Positions 1-12,889 of a stretch of 64,000 bases of DNA are shown here, piece after piece. A program made the translations under genes and the position numbers. The stretch is from NCBI RefSeq assembly GCF_964213995.1, contig NC_135801.1:110794001-110858000 (forward strand). Reading direction: 5' to 3'. Source of the stretch: Mustelus asterias (Eukaryota). Under the pieces are notes generated by a model. The model worked only from the letters and a program-made list of their open reading frames with translations. It did no database searches and was not told the DNA's origin. Position 1 is the first letter of the stretch. Each line of letters opens with the position of its first letter.

Positions 1-995
1 CTTAATACTAAATCCAAAATAGCCTGCTCCCTAGTTGGTTCGACAACATACTGTTCCAAAAAACAATCTCTAATAATACTCTATGAGTGCTCCCTCAAGG
101 CTACCCTTGCCAATTTAATTAATCAATTCTATATTCATATTAAAATTACCTGTGATTATTGTCATACCTTGCTTATTTCCTAGCTTATGCTGTATCCTAC
201 GGTGGAACTGCTTTTAAGGGACCTATACATTGCTCCCTCAAGGGACTTCTTTCCCTTGCAATTTCCTGTTTCTACCCAGACTGATTCTACATCTTGAACT
301 CCAGTGCCAATATAATTTCTCACTACAGCACTGATGCCTTCCTTTACTAACAAAGTTACACCGACTTCTTTTCCTTTCAGTTTATCTTTCCTAATCACTG
401 AGTACCCTTGGTCTCCTTGTAACCATGTCTCGGTAATCACCACCAAATCCTATCCCATTGTCACTATTTGGGTGGTTCACTTATTAGTTTTATTCTGAAT
501 CCTATGTGCATTCAGATACAAAGCCTTTAAGTTTCTTCTATTATTGGTGTTCCCTAATCTTGTATGATCCCCTCGTGTAATATGGCATTCACATGCTCTG
601 TTCATTTCATTATCCGGTAACAAATAGCCTCATCATTAACCTGTACTCCTACCTTCTCCTTACATTTTGATTTTTAAAATCTCCATGAAATTGAACTACT
701 GCCCAACTAGTTTAAAGCCCCATCTACAGCTCTAGTTATTTGATTTGTTAAGATACTGGTTCCAGCATGATTCAGGTGAAGCCCATCCCAACGGAAAAGC
801 TCCCTCTTTCACCAATACTGGTGCAAATGTTCTATGAACTCAAACCCATTTCCTCACACCAATCTGTGAGCCACGCATTTACCTGTTTAATCTTATTGAC
901 CCTATGCCAATTAGCTTGTAATCCAGAGATTATCACTTTTGTGGTTCCGCTTCTTAATTTAGCACTCAGCTGCTCATATTCCCTCTGCAAAACCT
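1..995 (-). mobile_element. Decayed CR1 LINE, 5' part (APE endonuclease plus ORF1 remnant)
   Basis: ORF 180..446 contains ITETWL...GYSVIRKD...GVTLLVKE...VESVWVE (AP-endonuclease motifs). 720-995 resembles the ORF1 esterase region seen at 7850-8200. Confidence 0.8.
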
Positions 996-1009
996 CTTTC
1001 CTCTATGCT

Positions 1010-1235
1010 ACCTATGATCTTATTGAATGGAGTCGAAGGCTTGAGGAGCCAAATGGCCTACTTCTACTTTGTATGTCCGTACAAGAAAATTGGATTGCTA
1101 TCTGAAAATAAGTAATGTACAAGGTTATGGGGATAAAACAAGGGGGTGGGACTCCGTAAAATGCTTTATCAGAGGGACAGTGCAGACGCGGTGGGCTGAA
1201 TGGCCTCCTTCTACACTCTGAATATTCTGTGATTC
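1010..1235 (+). mobile_element. Two short CR1 3'-end fragments
   Basis: Typical CR1 3' UTR ends (gagccaaatggcctacttct; gggctgaatggcctccttctacactctg...ctgtgatt). Confidence 0.6.
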
Positions 1236-1916
1236 GGTGCGGGCTGCTGGCCCTCATTTTACACTGATGCCCATGTTGAGGCGCATCGCTTCAAATTTTT
1301 AATCTCATAAATTTAAAAGTGCCTTCAGCAGCTGGACTACCAATGTGAAGGATGAATCCCATTCTGCTGCCGAGAGACTGCCATCAGACAGGTCCCCAGT
1401 GCTTTGGGAGCCCAGAGGCCTTTTGGAAAATTCCTATCAGGCTCTGACAATAGGTCTTAATTTGATAACTCTTGCTGGGGGTGGGAGGGTGATTCCCCCC
1501 ACCCACCAGCAATACGTAGTTAATTAAGGGTGGGCTGGAATGTGTCCCCCCCCCCCCCCCCCCCCGCCGACCGCAACAACTTTTCCACCCCTTCCTCCTC
1601 TTGCACCTCCCACATTTGGGCAAATATATAATCACTAATACAAAATAATAAATTTACTATTTTGATGACAAGTTGCATTCTTGCAGATAGAAGATTTATA
1701 AATAGGCATAGGTGATTTTTGCTCATTGCGCAAATTCCAGCCATTCACAGAAAATGATACAAAGCTTCCATCATCTCTGAAACAGTACACCAATGGTGAG
1801 TCTAACCTTAATTGTATTATTTTGTCATTTATAACTCAAGTGTTTTAGAATGATTCGTCGTACATATGCTGACATTTGTTCACAATCGGGCTGTGGGCCA
1901 CAATTTAATCCCCTAA

Positions 1917-2128
1917 TAAGAACATAAGAACATAAGAAATAGGAGCAGGAGTAGGCCATCTAGCCCTTCGAGCCTGCCCCGCCATTCAATAAGATCATGG
2001 CTGATCTGACGTGGATCAGTACCACTTACCCGCCTGATCCCCATAACCCTTAATTCCCTTACCGATCAGGAATCCATCCATCCGCGCTTTAAACATATTC
2101 AGCGAGGTAGCCTCCACCACCTCAGTGG
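1917..2128 (-). mobile_element. 5'-truncated CR1 3' end
   Basis: (TAAGAACA)n tail followed by aggagcaggagtaggccat...ccattcaataagatcatggctgatc, the reverse complement of a CR1 3' UTR. Confidence 0.8.
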
Positions 2129-2157
2129 TGATTAATGATTAATGATTAATGATTAAT
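2129..2157. repeat. (GATTAAT)4 tandem repeat
   Basis: tgattaatgattaatgattaatgattaat lies directly at the 5' truncation point of the CR1 fragment. Confidence 0.85.
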
Positions 2158-3876
2158 CAAAATAAATTAATTGTCCTTTAAATTTAACAAAAGCATTCGG
2201 CTGTCATAAAATGTTTTAGTTTGTTATTAATTATTGAACTAAGATTCAGCAGGCAAAATTTTTCAGTGGGCCTTTTTTGCACATATATTACTGTCTTTAC
2301 TCAATCGATTTGGCACATTTGAAAGACTGACAAAATGGTTTGAAACCATTAGGAAAGAAAAAAATGAATGGCAGAAACATTTCGAATGGATATCTTTGTT
2401 TCAAAACATCTAACTGCTATAACAGTTGAATCTGATTTGCCATGAAAGAAATATTTTATATATAACGCCCATGTCAGATAACAACAAAAATGTAAACAGG
2501 TTCTCCTGGTACAACCTGAAGAGATAACACTATTTCAACAAAAACATTATGAAGATTAGGTCTGAAGAATTGTTTCCTAAAAATACAAAGGTACCAACAT
2601 CAAACAGCACAGAGTTACAAATTTCTGGTCAATGAAAGAGATATATAACATTCTATATAATATGCATGTTATAACTTTAATCAGTGGTCCACAAGTGCCT
2701 CATTTATCATTTGAAATTAAATAATTCACATCAGAAAAGTACTTCCAAATTAAAATTATCAGCTGAAAATTAAAAAGGTAGTTTAAAAAGTTAAAGATCG
2801 CCAATGCATCCGATGCCATCTTCACCGGTTGGCTGTAAAATTTAATTATTGGTTTTAATGTATAATGTATTTAATGGCCGGCTGTGATCCAAAGAAAGTT
2901 CCGAACATTTTCTGCATACATGTTCGTCAAATGTAAAACATTTTAAGGTTGGAATGGAACGGTTCTGAAAGGCCCAGCATGAGCTTCTACGAGTTGGTGG
3001 AGATTCAAGCATTCTGCACAGTTCTGAAAACCACCTATAATGTATCTGCTCTCGATTTGCAAAGCTGCTTCAGTGGCTCTCATTGTAGCTTCTGAGTGTA
3101 GACCAAGAACTCCTGATTGCATCCTCCTCATAACCTTGTTATGACAGCCCCGAGAGGGCAACAACCACCCCCACCAACAACCCCCCCCCCTCCCTCCCCC
3201 CCCCCCCCCCCCCCCCCTTCCATAGCTTGTTTGGGGACCAATCCATACATATTAAAATTCAGTTGTTTAATTCTCAAATGCTAATTATTTCCATTTTCCC
3301 ACTTATTTCTATAAAGTTATTTTTTTAAACTAATTTTAACAGGTCTGGCACAGGAAACTGTAACTCAAAACATAAATATAGGTGGCACAAGGTTTGTCGT
3401 CCTGTGGTGTCACCAAGACTGACCAGTAACGGCAAAACTGAATCGGTAAAACAAACGTCAGGCACAAAAAGTAAAACATCTATTTAGAAACTCTGATCCA
3501 GGGAAAGTTATGTAATCAGAAAATATGTCAGTTTCCACAGCTTTGAATGAGGAATTAAATGCTCTCTTCTCTAGCCTATGTTAAATATCTATAGATAATG
3601 CTTTCCCAACAAAATGGAAAAAATAAATTATATTTATCCACAAGTTGGGAACAAAATGAGATTCATGCTAATTGTGCATACCAAAGCTAATGGAAATCAA
3701 ATGAGACATTTAAGTCAGCTAGAATGTCACAAAGTCAATGACCTGCTGTTTAGCCATCAACTTGGCATCGGACCAGGTGAGTTGAATCTGAAACTTATTA
3801 TCTTGAAGTGGATTGATTCTTTTGACAACCAGCACAAAGTTAGAGTAGCGGTTCTGATATTTCTTGAGCCTTTAAT

Positions 3877-5915
3877 TAGAACATAGAACAGTACAGCACA
3901 GCACAGTACAGGCCCTTCGACCCTTGATGTTGTGCCGAGCTTTGTCCGAAACCAAGATCAAGCTATCCCACTCCCTATCATTCTGGTGTGCTCCATGTGC
4001 CTATCCAATAACCGCTTGAAAGTTCCTAAAGTGTCCCACTCCACTATCAAAGCAGGCAGTCCATTCCACTCTCTGAGTAAAGAACCTTCCTCGGACATCC
4101 TTCCTGTATCTCCCACCATGAACCTTATAGTTATGCCCCCTAGTAATAGCTACATCCACCCGAGGAAATAGTCTCTGAACGTCCACTCTATCTATCCCCC
4201 TCATCAACTTATAAACCTCTATTAAGTCACCTCTCATCCTCCTCCGCTCTAAAGAGAAAAACCCGAGCTCCCTCAACCTTTCCTCATAAGACCTACCCTC
4301 CAAACCAGGCAGCATCCTGGTAAATCTCCTTTGCACGCTTTCCAATGCTTCCACATCCTTCTTATAGTGAGGTGACCAGAACTGCACACAATATTTCAAA
4401 TGTGGTCTCACCAAGGTCCTGTACAGTTGCAGCATAGCCCCACGGCTCTTAAACTCAACCCCCCTGTTAATAAATGCTAACACACTATAGGCCTTCTTCA
4501 CGGCTCTATCCACTTGAGTGGCAACCTTCAGATATCTGTGGATATGAATCCCTAGATCTCTCTGTTCCTCCACATTCCTCAGAACCCTGCTGTTGACCCT
4601 GTAATCCGCATTCAAATTTGTCCTACCAAAATGCATCACCTCGCACTTATCAGGGTTAAACGCCATCTGCCATTTTTCGGCCCAGCTCTGCATCCTATCA
4701 ATGTCTCTTTGCAGCCTACAACAGTCCTCCACCTCATCCACTACTCCACCAATCTTGGTGTCATCAGCAAATTTACTGACCCACCCTTCAGCCCCCTCCT
4801 CCAAGTCATTGATAAAGATCACAAATAGCAGAGGACCCAACACTGATCCCTGTGGTACATCACTGGTAACTGGTCTCCAGTTTGAAAATTTTCCATCACC
4901 ACCACCACCCTCTGTCTTCTATGAGATATGATGTGGAGATGCCGGCGTTGGACTGGGGTGAACACAGTAAGAAGTCTCACAACACCAGGTTAAAGTCCAG
5001 CAGGTTTATTTGGTACCAAATACCATTTGATTATTTGCTACCAAATAAACCTGTTGGACTTTAACCTGGTGTTGTGAGACTTCTTTCTATGAGATAGCCA
5101 GTTACTTATCCAATCGGCCAAATTTCCCTCTTTCCCACATCTCCTTACTTTCTTCATGAGCCGACCATGGGGAACCTTATCAAACGCCTTACTAAAATCC
5201 ATGTATACGACATCAACTGCTCTATCTTAATCTACACACCTAGTTACCTCCTCAAGAGAATTCAATCAAATTTGTGAGGCAAGACTTACCCTTCATGAAT
5301 CCGTGTTGACTATCCCGGATTAAGCTGCATCTGTCCAAATGGTCATAAATCCTATCCCTCAGGATTTTTTCCATTAATTTACCCACCACCGAAGAAAGAC
5401 TAACTGGCCTATAATTACCAGGGTCATTCCTATTTCCATTCTTGAACAGAGGAACAACATTCGCCACTCTCCAGTCCTCTGGCACTATCCCCGTGGACAG
5501 TGAGGACCCAAAGATCAAAGCCAAAGGCTCTGCAATCTCATCCCTTGCCCTCCCAAAGAATCCTAGGTTATATCCCATCTGGCCCAGGGGACCTATCAAC
5601 CCTCAGATTTTTCAAAATTGCTAATACATCTTCCCTCAGAACATCTACCTCCTCCAGCCTATCAGCCTGTATCACACTCTCATCCTCAAAAACATGGCCC
5701 CTCTCCTTGGTGAACACTGAAGAAAAGTATTCATTCATCACCTCTCCTATCTCTTCTGACTCCATGCACAAGTTCCCACTACTGTCCTTGACCGGCCCTA
5801 ACCTCACCCTGGTCATTCTTTTACTTCTCACATAAGAGTAAAAAACCTTGGGGTTTTCCTTGATCCGACCCGCCGAGGACTTCTCAGGCCCCCTCCTAGC
5901 TCTCCTAATCCCTTT
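3877..5915 (-). mobile_element. Young 5'-truncated CR1 LINE (RT domain), interrupted by a Penelope insert
   Basis: ORFs 4001..4843, 5252..5599 and 5568..5999 carry [52 protein letters not shown]. (TAGAACA)n tail at 3877. Confidence 0.95.
4929..5084. mobile_element. Palindromic Penelope terminal-repeat insertion with 12-bp TSD
   Basis: Matches the 3' terminus of the Penelope at 14085-14170. Inverted arms at 4970-5015 and 5039-5084. TSD TTCTATGAGATA at 4917-4928 and 5085-5096. Confidence 0.9.
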
Positions 5916-6109
5916 TTTTAAAAGCTCAAAATGGTTGCCATAGGATAAGCCGTATTGTTTGTGTGGAGAATTTCTAACCTGTATATTTAATTTTCTCAAA
6001 CAGAAATGTCAGGTCATGATAAATGGGGCATTAATCTTCTCATTGCAACAGCTATGCAGGAGCCCCTCAGGAGCGAAGTATGCTTGATGTTACTCGGTAT
6101 CTTGTCTTG

Positions 6110-7709
6110 ATAGAACCATAGAAAATTACAGCTCAGAAACAGGTCTTTTGGCCCTTCTTGTCTGTGCCGAACCATTTTTTGCCTAGTCACACTGACCTGC
6201 ACTTGGACCATATCCCTCCACACCCCCCTCATCCATGAACCTGTCCAAGTTTTTCTTAAATGTTAAAAGTGACCCCGCATTTACCACTTTATCCGGCAGC
6301 TCATTCCACACTCCCACCACTCTCTGCGTGAAGAAGCCCCCCCTAATATTCCCTTTAAACTTTTCTCCTTTCACCCTTAACCCATGCCCTCTGGTTTTTT
6401 TCTCCCCTAGCCTCAGCGGAAAAAGCCTGCTTGCATTCACTCTATCTATACCCATCAAAATCTTATACACCTCTATCAAATCTCCCCTCAATCTTCTACG
6501 CTCCAGGGAATAAAGTCCCAACCTATTCAATCTCTCTGTAACTCAGCTTCTCAAGTCCCGGCAACATCCTTGTGAACCTTCTCTGCACTCTTTCAACCTT
6601 ATTTACATCCGTCCTGTAACTAGGTGACCAAAACTGTACACAATACTCCAAATTCGGCCTCACCAATGCCTTATATAACCTTACCATAACATTCCAACTT
6701 TTATACTCGATACTCCGATTTATAAAGGCCAATATACCAAAGGCACTCTTTACGATCCTATCCACCTGTGACGTCACTTTTAGGGAATTCTGTACCTGTA
6801 TTCCCAGATCCCTCTGTTCAACTGCACTCTGTTCAACTGCAGTCCAAAGATGTGCGGGTTAGGTTGATTGGCCAGGTTAAAAAATTGCCCCTTAGAGTCC
6901 TGAGATGCGTAGGTTAGAGGGATTAGCGGGTAAATATGTGGGGGTAGGGCCTGGGTGGGATTGTGGTCGGTGCAGACTCGATGGGCCGAATGGCCTCCTT
7001 CTGCGCTGTAGGATTCTATGATTCTTCAGAGTCCTACCATTTACCCTGTACGTTCTACTTTGCTTTGTCCTTCCAAAGTGCAATATCTCACACTTGTCTG
7101 CGTTAAATTCCATTTGCCATTTTTCAGCCCATTTTTCTAGTTGGTCCAAATCCCTCTGCAAGCTTTGAAAACCTTCCTCACTGTCCACTACACCTCCAAT
7201 CTTTGTATCATCAGCAAACCTGCTGACCCAATTTACCACATTATCATCCAGATCATTGATATAGATGACAAACAACAATGGACCCAACACCGATCCCTGC
7301 GGCACACCACTAGTCACAGGCCTCCACTCAGAGAAGCAATCCTCCACAACCACTCTCTGGCTTCTTCCATTGAGCCAGTGTCTAATCCAATTTACTACCT
7401 CCCCATGTATACCTAGCGACTGAACCTTCCTAACTAACCTCCCATGAGGGACCTTGTCAAAGGCCTTGCTGAAATCCAGGTAGACAACATCCACCGCCTT
7501 CCCTTCATCCACTTTCCTGGTAACCTCCTCGAAAAACTCTAATAGATTGGTCAAACATGACCTACCACGCACAAAGCCATGTTGACTCTCCCTAATAAGT
7601 CCCTGTCTATCCAAATATTTGTAGATCCTATCCCTTATCACACCTTCCAATAACTTGTATTGAAATAACTTGCCCACCACCGACGTCAAACTTACTGGCC
7701 TATAATTTC
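6110..7709 (-). mobile_element. 5'-truncated CR1 LINE (RT), interrupted by a SINE
   Basis: ORFs 6183..6530, 6523..6777 and 6892..7689 carry [29 protein letters not shown]. Confidence 0.95.
6842..7025 (+). mobile_element. 5'-truncated HE1-type SINE (CR1-derived tail) nested in CR1
   Basis: gtccaaagatgtgcgggttaggttgattggcc... ending in gactcgatgggccgaatggcctccttctgcgctgtaggattctatgattct. Confidence 0.8.
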
Positions 7710-7779
7710 ACAGAAATAGACACACCTCAAAAGATTATTTCCACCACACTCAACTCTTCCATTTGTGATTTTGCTTGAA

Positions 7780-8610
7780 CTAACCTGTCTTTTTACCCTT
7801 GCTCCACTATCTGCTCTGGCACTCTGGTTCCCATCCCCCCGCAAATCTAGTTTAATCGCTCCCCAATAACACTAGCAAATCTCCCTGCAAGTATATTGGT
7901 CCCCTTGTAGTTTAGGTGTAACCCGTCTCTCTTGTACAGGTCCCACCTGCCCCAGAAGAGGTCCCAATGATCCAAGAATTGGAAACCCTGCCCCCTGCAC
8001 CAGTTCCTCAGCCACGTGCTTCACCCAAGCATCCTACTCCTGCCCTCACTGGCATGTGGCTCAGGTAGCAATCCTGAGATTACTACCCTCGGGGTCCTGC
8101 TTTTTAACTTCCTTCCAAGCTCTTTGTACTCACTCTTTAGGACCTCCTCACTCTTCCTTCCTACGTCATTTGTACCGATGTGTACCACGACATCTGGCTG
8201 ATCACCTTCCCACTTTAGAATGCTGTGCACGCGACCTTAGCACCTGGGAGGCAACAAACCATGCGGGAGTCTCTGTCCCGACCACAGAACCTCCTGTCCG
8301 TACCTCTGACCATTGAGTCCCCTATCACTACTGCTCTCCTCTTCTTCATCCCACCCTTTTGCGCTGTAGATCCAGACTCAGTATCAGAGTTCCGGCTGTC
8401 GCAGCTTGTCCCAGGTAAAGCATCTCCCATAACAGTATCCAATTCAGTATACCTGTTGTGGAGGGGTATGGCCACAGGGGAACCCTGCTCTGCCTGTCCT
8501 TTCACTTTGCCATTTCCTCTCCTTACAGTAACTCAATTTCCTGTGCTCTGCTGCTTAGGTGTAACTATCTCCCTAAAGCTACTGTCTATATGCTTCTCAT
8601 TCTCCCGAAT
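7780..8610 (-). mobile_element. CR1 ORF1 fragment with SGNH/GDSL esterase domain
   Basis: ORF 8215..8505 has AVVIGDSMVRG...CCLPGAKV; ORF 8021..8230 has VVVHIGTND...VVISGLLP. These are GDS and GxND esterase blocks split by a frameshift. Confidence 0.88.
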
Positions 8611-10023
8611 CAAAGATCTGGTAGATGTCATCAAAAGTAATGCTCTCTTTGCTGATGACACCACCATCAAAGGTGGTTAATTTCCCAGCTGAAAGACAAG
8701 TGGCAACCAAATCACTGCAAGCAGATAGTGATACAATTTGGCAGTGGTGGAGTGAACAAATAATGTGTTATCTTGAATGCTGGGAAAAGCAGATTAAAAA
8801 TTCTTTTGAGAAGAATGAGGCTTAGGCTATCCACTCCTGTTCTTTTAAGGTCTGCAAACTCCTTTCAATTAGAAATATTCATTTGTTTGATTTGGTTAAT
8901 TATAAATGGCTAGGCACTGAGGCTAACAAGTATATCTGTAAATTCTGGGAGAAAAAAGTGGGAATCCTCAAGGAAGTTTCACCCAATGAAAATCTCCATC
9001 CATGCTCACAGCTGGAATTCTCCAGTGCAACGGAAACTGAATGGAATTTTGGTTGGAACGCCAAATTCTCCGTACTCACTTGCAGTGGGCTGATATGAAC
9101 GAAATTGGATAATCTTGCCCACCATATCTGTTCTATAATTGTTCTATAAAGCTTCTATACAAATATGTACTGAAATACTGTAGCTCTGCTGTTCTGCAGA
9201 GAAATTAATTCCTTGCTCCTTGATTCTGTATACGTCAAATGAATATATACCAGAGAACATGTTAAGAATGCCAGAGTGTGGCATCTACAATAGTTAAAAT
9301 ATGGCATGGACAATGAGTCGAAGGCTGCAGTAAGGCAAAGCTCACAGATGGCATTGGTCAGGAAATCATTGACCAAAGTCTCTGATTTTTCATCTGGTCA
9401 TTTAAACGGATAGAAAAATAGGCACGTGGACCTATAATTTACTGATCAGTAATCCATGCAAGGGGTGATCTTTGCAGGCAGTAGCTTATTTGGGAAATGA
9501 GTCCAAATATTTGCTTGCACTTAAGACAGGAATAAAAATGTTATGGCTCCATAACTTTATTCATTCAAAGTCTGTTTGGATATCACTGGAGGCAGTTAAC
9601 ACGTTACATTAACAGCCTGTGGAACCCTTTACCAGATGGTGCCATCTCCTGGAACTGTGACTTAGCTGAAGCTGAAATACTCAATTAAGATTGACAACTG
9701 CGTCACGTGCACAAGGCGTGAAAGAGGTCATAAACTGTTTAAATCAAGTTTTACTTTTATTTAAAAGTTGACTTTGCTGGGCCAAAACATGGCTGCTACA
9801 GGTCACATGAGTTGCAAGTTGGCTACAGCTCCAGAAACATCAAATGGTAATTACAGGATAGAGGTTAACTCTTATCCTTGTGGAATCTCACACCTATCAT
9901 TAGATGGATCCATTAATATCAATGAAACAAGGGAACAGCAGATTGTTATAAATCCAGGGTGGGGAGACAAAAAAGAGAGAGAGCTATTGAAACTTGTCGC
10001 ACCATGGATGTGTTAACAGCCAT

Positions 10024-10233
10024 AAGAGAAAACGCTGGAAAATCTCAGCGGATCTGGCAACATCTGTAAGGAGAGAAAGGAGCTGACGTTTCGAGTCTAG
10101 ATGACCCTTTGTCAAAGCTAAAAGGCATAGAATGTGGGAGATATTTATACTGCAGGGTGAGGGAATGAAAGAGGAGTCATAGCCACAGAAACCAGGTTTC
10201 AGATTGCAGCATCTGCAGTAATTTGCTTTTATC
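10024..10233 (-). mobile_element. Penelope-like 3'-terminal fragment with short inverted end piece
   Basis: gaaaacgctggaaaatctcagcggatctggcaacatctgt...gacgtttcgag, then inverted tttcagattgcagcatctgcagtaatttgcttt. Related to 20610-20732 and 31614-31860. Confidence 0.7.
10081..10119 (-). ncRNA. Minimal type I hammerhead ribozyme motif, U3-A8 core variant
   Basis: Minus strand: AGCU UUGACAA A GGGUC-AUCUA-GACUC GAAA CG UC AGCU. Stem I AGCU/AGCU, 5-bp stem II, palindromic ACGU stem III, GUC cleavage triplet. Confidence 0.65.
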
Positions 10234-10624
10234 CTACGTTAATAGCCATCATCCATCACGTAACGTGAACAATGGATTTTGACCAGAAATGTAGAGCAGG
10301 CTTTTCCGGTCCCACTAGTAGCAGGTAAAATCATAGACGGGAAGGGAAAATTTGGGGACCGACTAATAGTCAATTGCCACTCTCCAAATTTTCCTATTCT
10401 GCCTGTGAAGAAGCCCCCTGCAACACCACATGGCCCAAGTTCCTCTGGTCTTTGGAAAGTTTTCATGTTACATTCCTGGACTCCTCGGACAGTCTGCTGT
10501 TAACATTCAGCCCATCAACACCAGAAGCAGGACTTCAGGCTGACAACCAAGCCTGCCTCAATCTAAACCTCCTCGAAGTCTGGCCCTCTGGAAGATTCCT
10601 GCCATTACCTGTAGGGCGGACCAT

Positions 10625-10761
10625 GGCCAGAATTTTCTGGCCGTTCATGCTGGCAGGATTCTCTGGTCTCACTGCATTGAATGGAGATTTGATTGAGTGT
10701 CAAATTCTTCGTCCTCGCTTGCAGCGGCAGTGGGGCATAAAATGGCCGGAAAACTCCAGCC
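10625..10761. mobile_element. Short MITE-like palindromic element (Harbinger-like termini)
   Basis: Imperfect terminal inverted repeats ggccagaattttctggcc ... ggccggaaaactccagcc. Related copies at about 9010-9120, 34057-34185, 52125-52245. Confidence 0.5.
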
Positions 10762-11621
10762 GAAGTCTCTGTATACCAACCTCATTTTGCTGCATTGTCA
10801 CCAACTGGAAAGGAATTCTACAACTCCTGCTTTAATCCACCTGAATTTTAACTCCTATGTGAAGGAACCCTCACTGAACTCTGACATTCACTTGAATTCA
10901 TAACCATACCTTTGGGTTTTTTTTGTTTCAAGTTGTTCCTAATTATAAAACTCTTTTCCCTATTTCTTTTATGTAGTGTGATGACCATTTCCCAAGTTTA
11001 AATGTATAAATAAATAATATTTTTGGTTTAATCCTAAGACAGTTTTCTCCAAGTCACTTTAAAATTGACTTCACAGAGAGTTTGGGGAAACACACCACAG
11101 TCTATTTCAAAAACTAAAACACCTCTGCTTACAGATGGACAACAGGAAAAATAAAGGCATTTGGTTGGCTTCTCTTCCCAGTCTACAACAGTTGGAATAA
11201 TGGTTAAAATATAGAGAATCTATTCGCTATTGACACCCCATTGCACTGTAAACTCAGCATTCAACAGAGTTACTTTTGTGAGATAACTATGCTCTCTGCA
11301 ACTTCCTGCATCCTACTGCGCTATCTACCGTAATATATATAAAGTTATAATTAACTTCAAACTCAAAATACAGACCAAATATATTGGAGATTTTTGTACA
11401 TAACTCCAATTTGCACCTAGCCCTCATAATGTAGTCCCATTGTAGTTCAGATGCAAAGTCAGATGATAAAATTATTGTAAAGGATATTATATTAAGAGAA
11501 GTGATATTATGTTAAGAGAAGAAGAGAGGGCTCCCCCTACTAATTTTAAGCAGTGAGAGGAACACAGGAAGAGCAGCAGGCTATTCAGCCCCTTGAGCCT
11601 GTCCTATCATTCAACAAAGAA

Positions 11622-12690
11622 TTTTGATTTGATTTATCACATAAAAGTTAAAGTTTACTTATTAGTCACAAGTAGGCTTACATTCACACTGAAATGAAGT
11701 TACTCTGAAAATCTCCTAATCGCCACACTCCAGCACCTGTTCGGGTACACTGAATTTAGCATGACCAATTCACCTAACCTGCATATCTTTGGACTGTGGG
11801 AGGAAATTTGAGCACCCGGAGGAAACCCACACAGACAAGCGGAGAATGTGCAAACTCCACACAGACAGTGACTCAAACTGGGAATTGAACCCAAGTCCCT
11901 GATGCTATGAGGCAGCAGTGCTAACCACTGTGCCACCATGCTACCCATGTACATGTATTAGTATACAGTGAAAAGTATTGTTTCTTGCCGCTATACAGAC
12001 AAAGCAAACCGTACATAGGGAAGGAGAGAGTGCAGAATGTAGTGTTACAGTCATAGCTAGGGTGTAGAGAAAGATCAACTTAATGTGAGGTAGGTCCATT
12101 CAAAAGTTTGATGGCTGCAGGGAAGAAGCTGTTCTTGAGTCGGTTGGTACGTATCCTCAGACTTTTGTACCTTTTTCCCCCCCTCAAGGGAAGAGACTAT
12201 GTCTGGGATGCGTGGGGTCCTTGATTATGCTGACTGCTTTTCTGAGGCAGCGGGAAGTGTAGACGGTGTCAATGGCTGGTTTGAGTGATGGACTGGGCTT
12301 CACTCACGACCCCTAGTAGTTTCTTGCGGTCTTGGACAGAGCAGGAGCCATACTAAGCTGTAATACAACCAGAAAGAATGCTTTCTATGGTGCATCTGCA
12401 AAAGTTGGTGAGAGTCGTAGCGGACATGCCAAATTTCCTTAGTGTTCTGAGAAAGTAGAGGTATTGGTGGGCTTTATTTAACTATAGTGTCGGCATGGGA
12501 GGACCAGGGCAAGTTGTTGGTGACCTGGACACCTAAAAACTTGAAGCTTTCGATCATTTCTACTTCGTCCCCATTGATGTAGGCACCCCACCACGCTTCC
12601 TGAAGTTGATGACTATCTCCTTTGTTTTGTTGACATTGAGGGAGAGATTATTATCGTCACACCAGTTCACCAGATTCTCTACCTCTTTCC
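11622..12690 (-). mobile_element. Rex1/Babar-like LINE 3' fragment, interrupted by a V-SINE
   Basis: (TTTGA)n tail, shared 3' UTR tacagtgaaaagtattgtttcttg, and reverse-strand coding similar to RTNRLKNSFFPAAIKLLN. Confidence 0.85.
11643..11946 (-). mobile_element. tRNA-derived V-SINE (non-CR1 tail type)
   Basis: Minus strand has A box tggcacagtggttagc, B box ggttcaattccc, V domain ctgtgtggagtttgcacattctcc...gggtttcctccgggtgctc, and tail aacttcatttcagtgtgaatgtaagcctacttgtgactaataa. Confidence 0.88.
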
Positions 12691-12889
12691 GCATGCATTG
12701 ACAGCTAGGGCCAAACATTCCCTGGGCTCAAGAGAACCTGACTATGCACCTCTGTGGCTTGCAATCTGCACGCCCAACCCATGTGTGACTTCACATGCCG
12801 TTTCTGCTTTTTCATATTAGGTCCAAGTTTGCAGAATAGTTTGAGAGTCGTGTTGGAGAGTAAGAGAAGTGTGGATGCAGGATGCAGGA

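Noticed and set aside
3167-3217. Poly-C tracts (also 1546-1565) as functional G-quadruplexes
   Set aside because: Simple homopolymers are common in this repeat landscape and their length is unreliable in assemblies; there is no other support.
6812-6841. 15-bp tandem duplication ctctgttcaactgca at the SINE 5' junction read as a TSD
   Set aside because: Both copies are on the same side of the SINE; more likely a local repair or slippage product.
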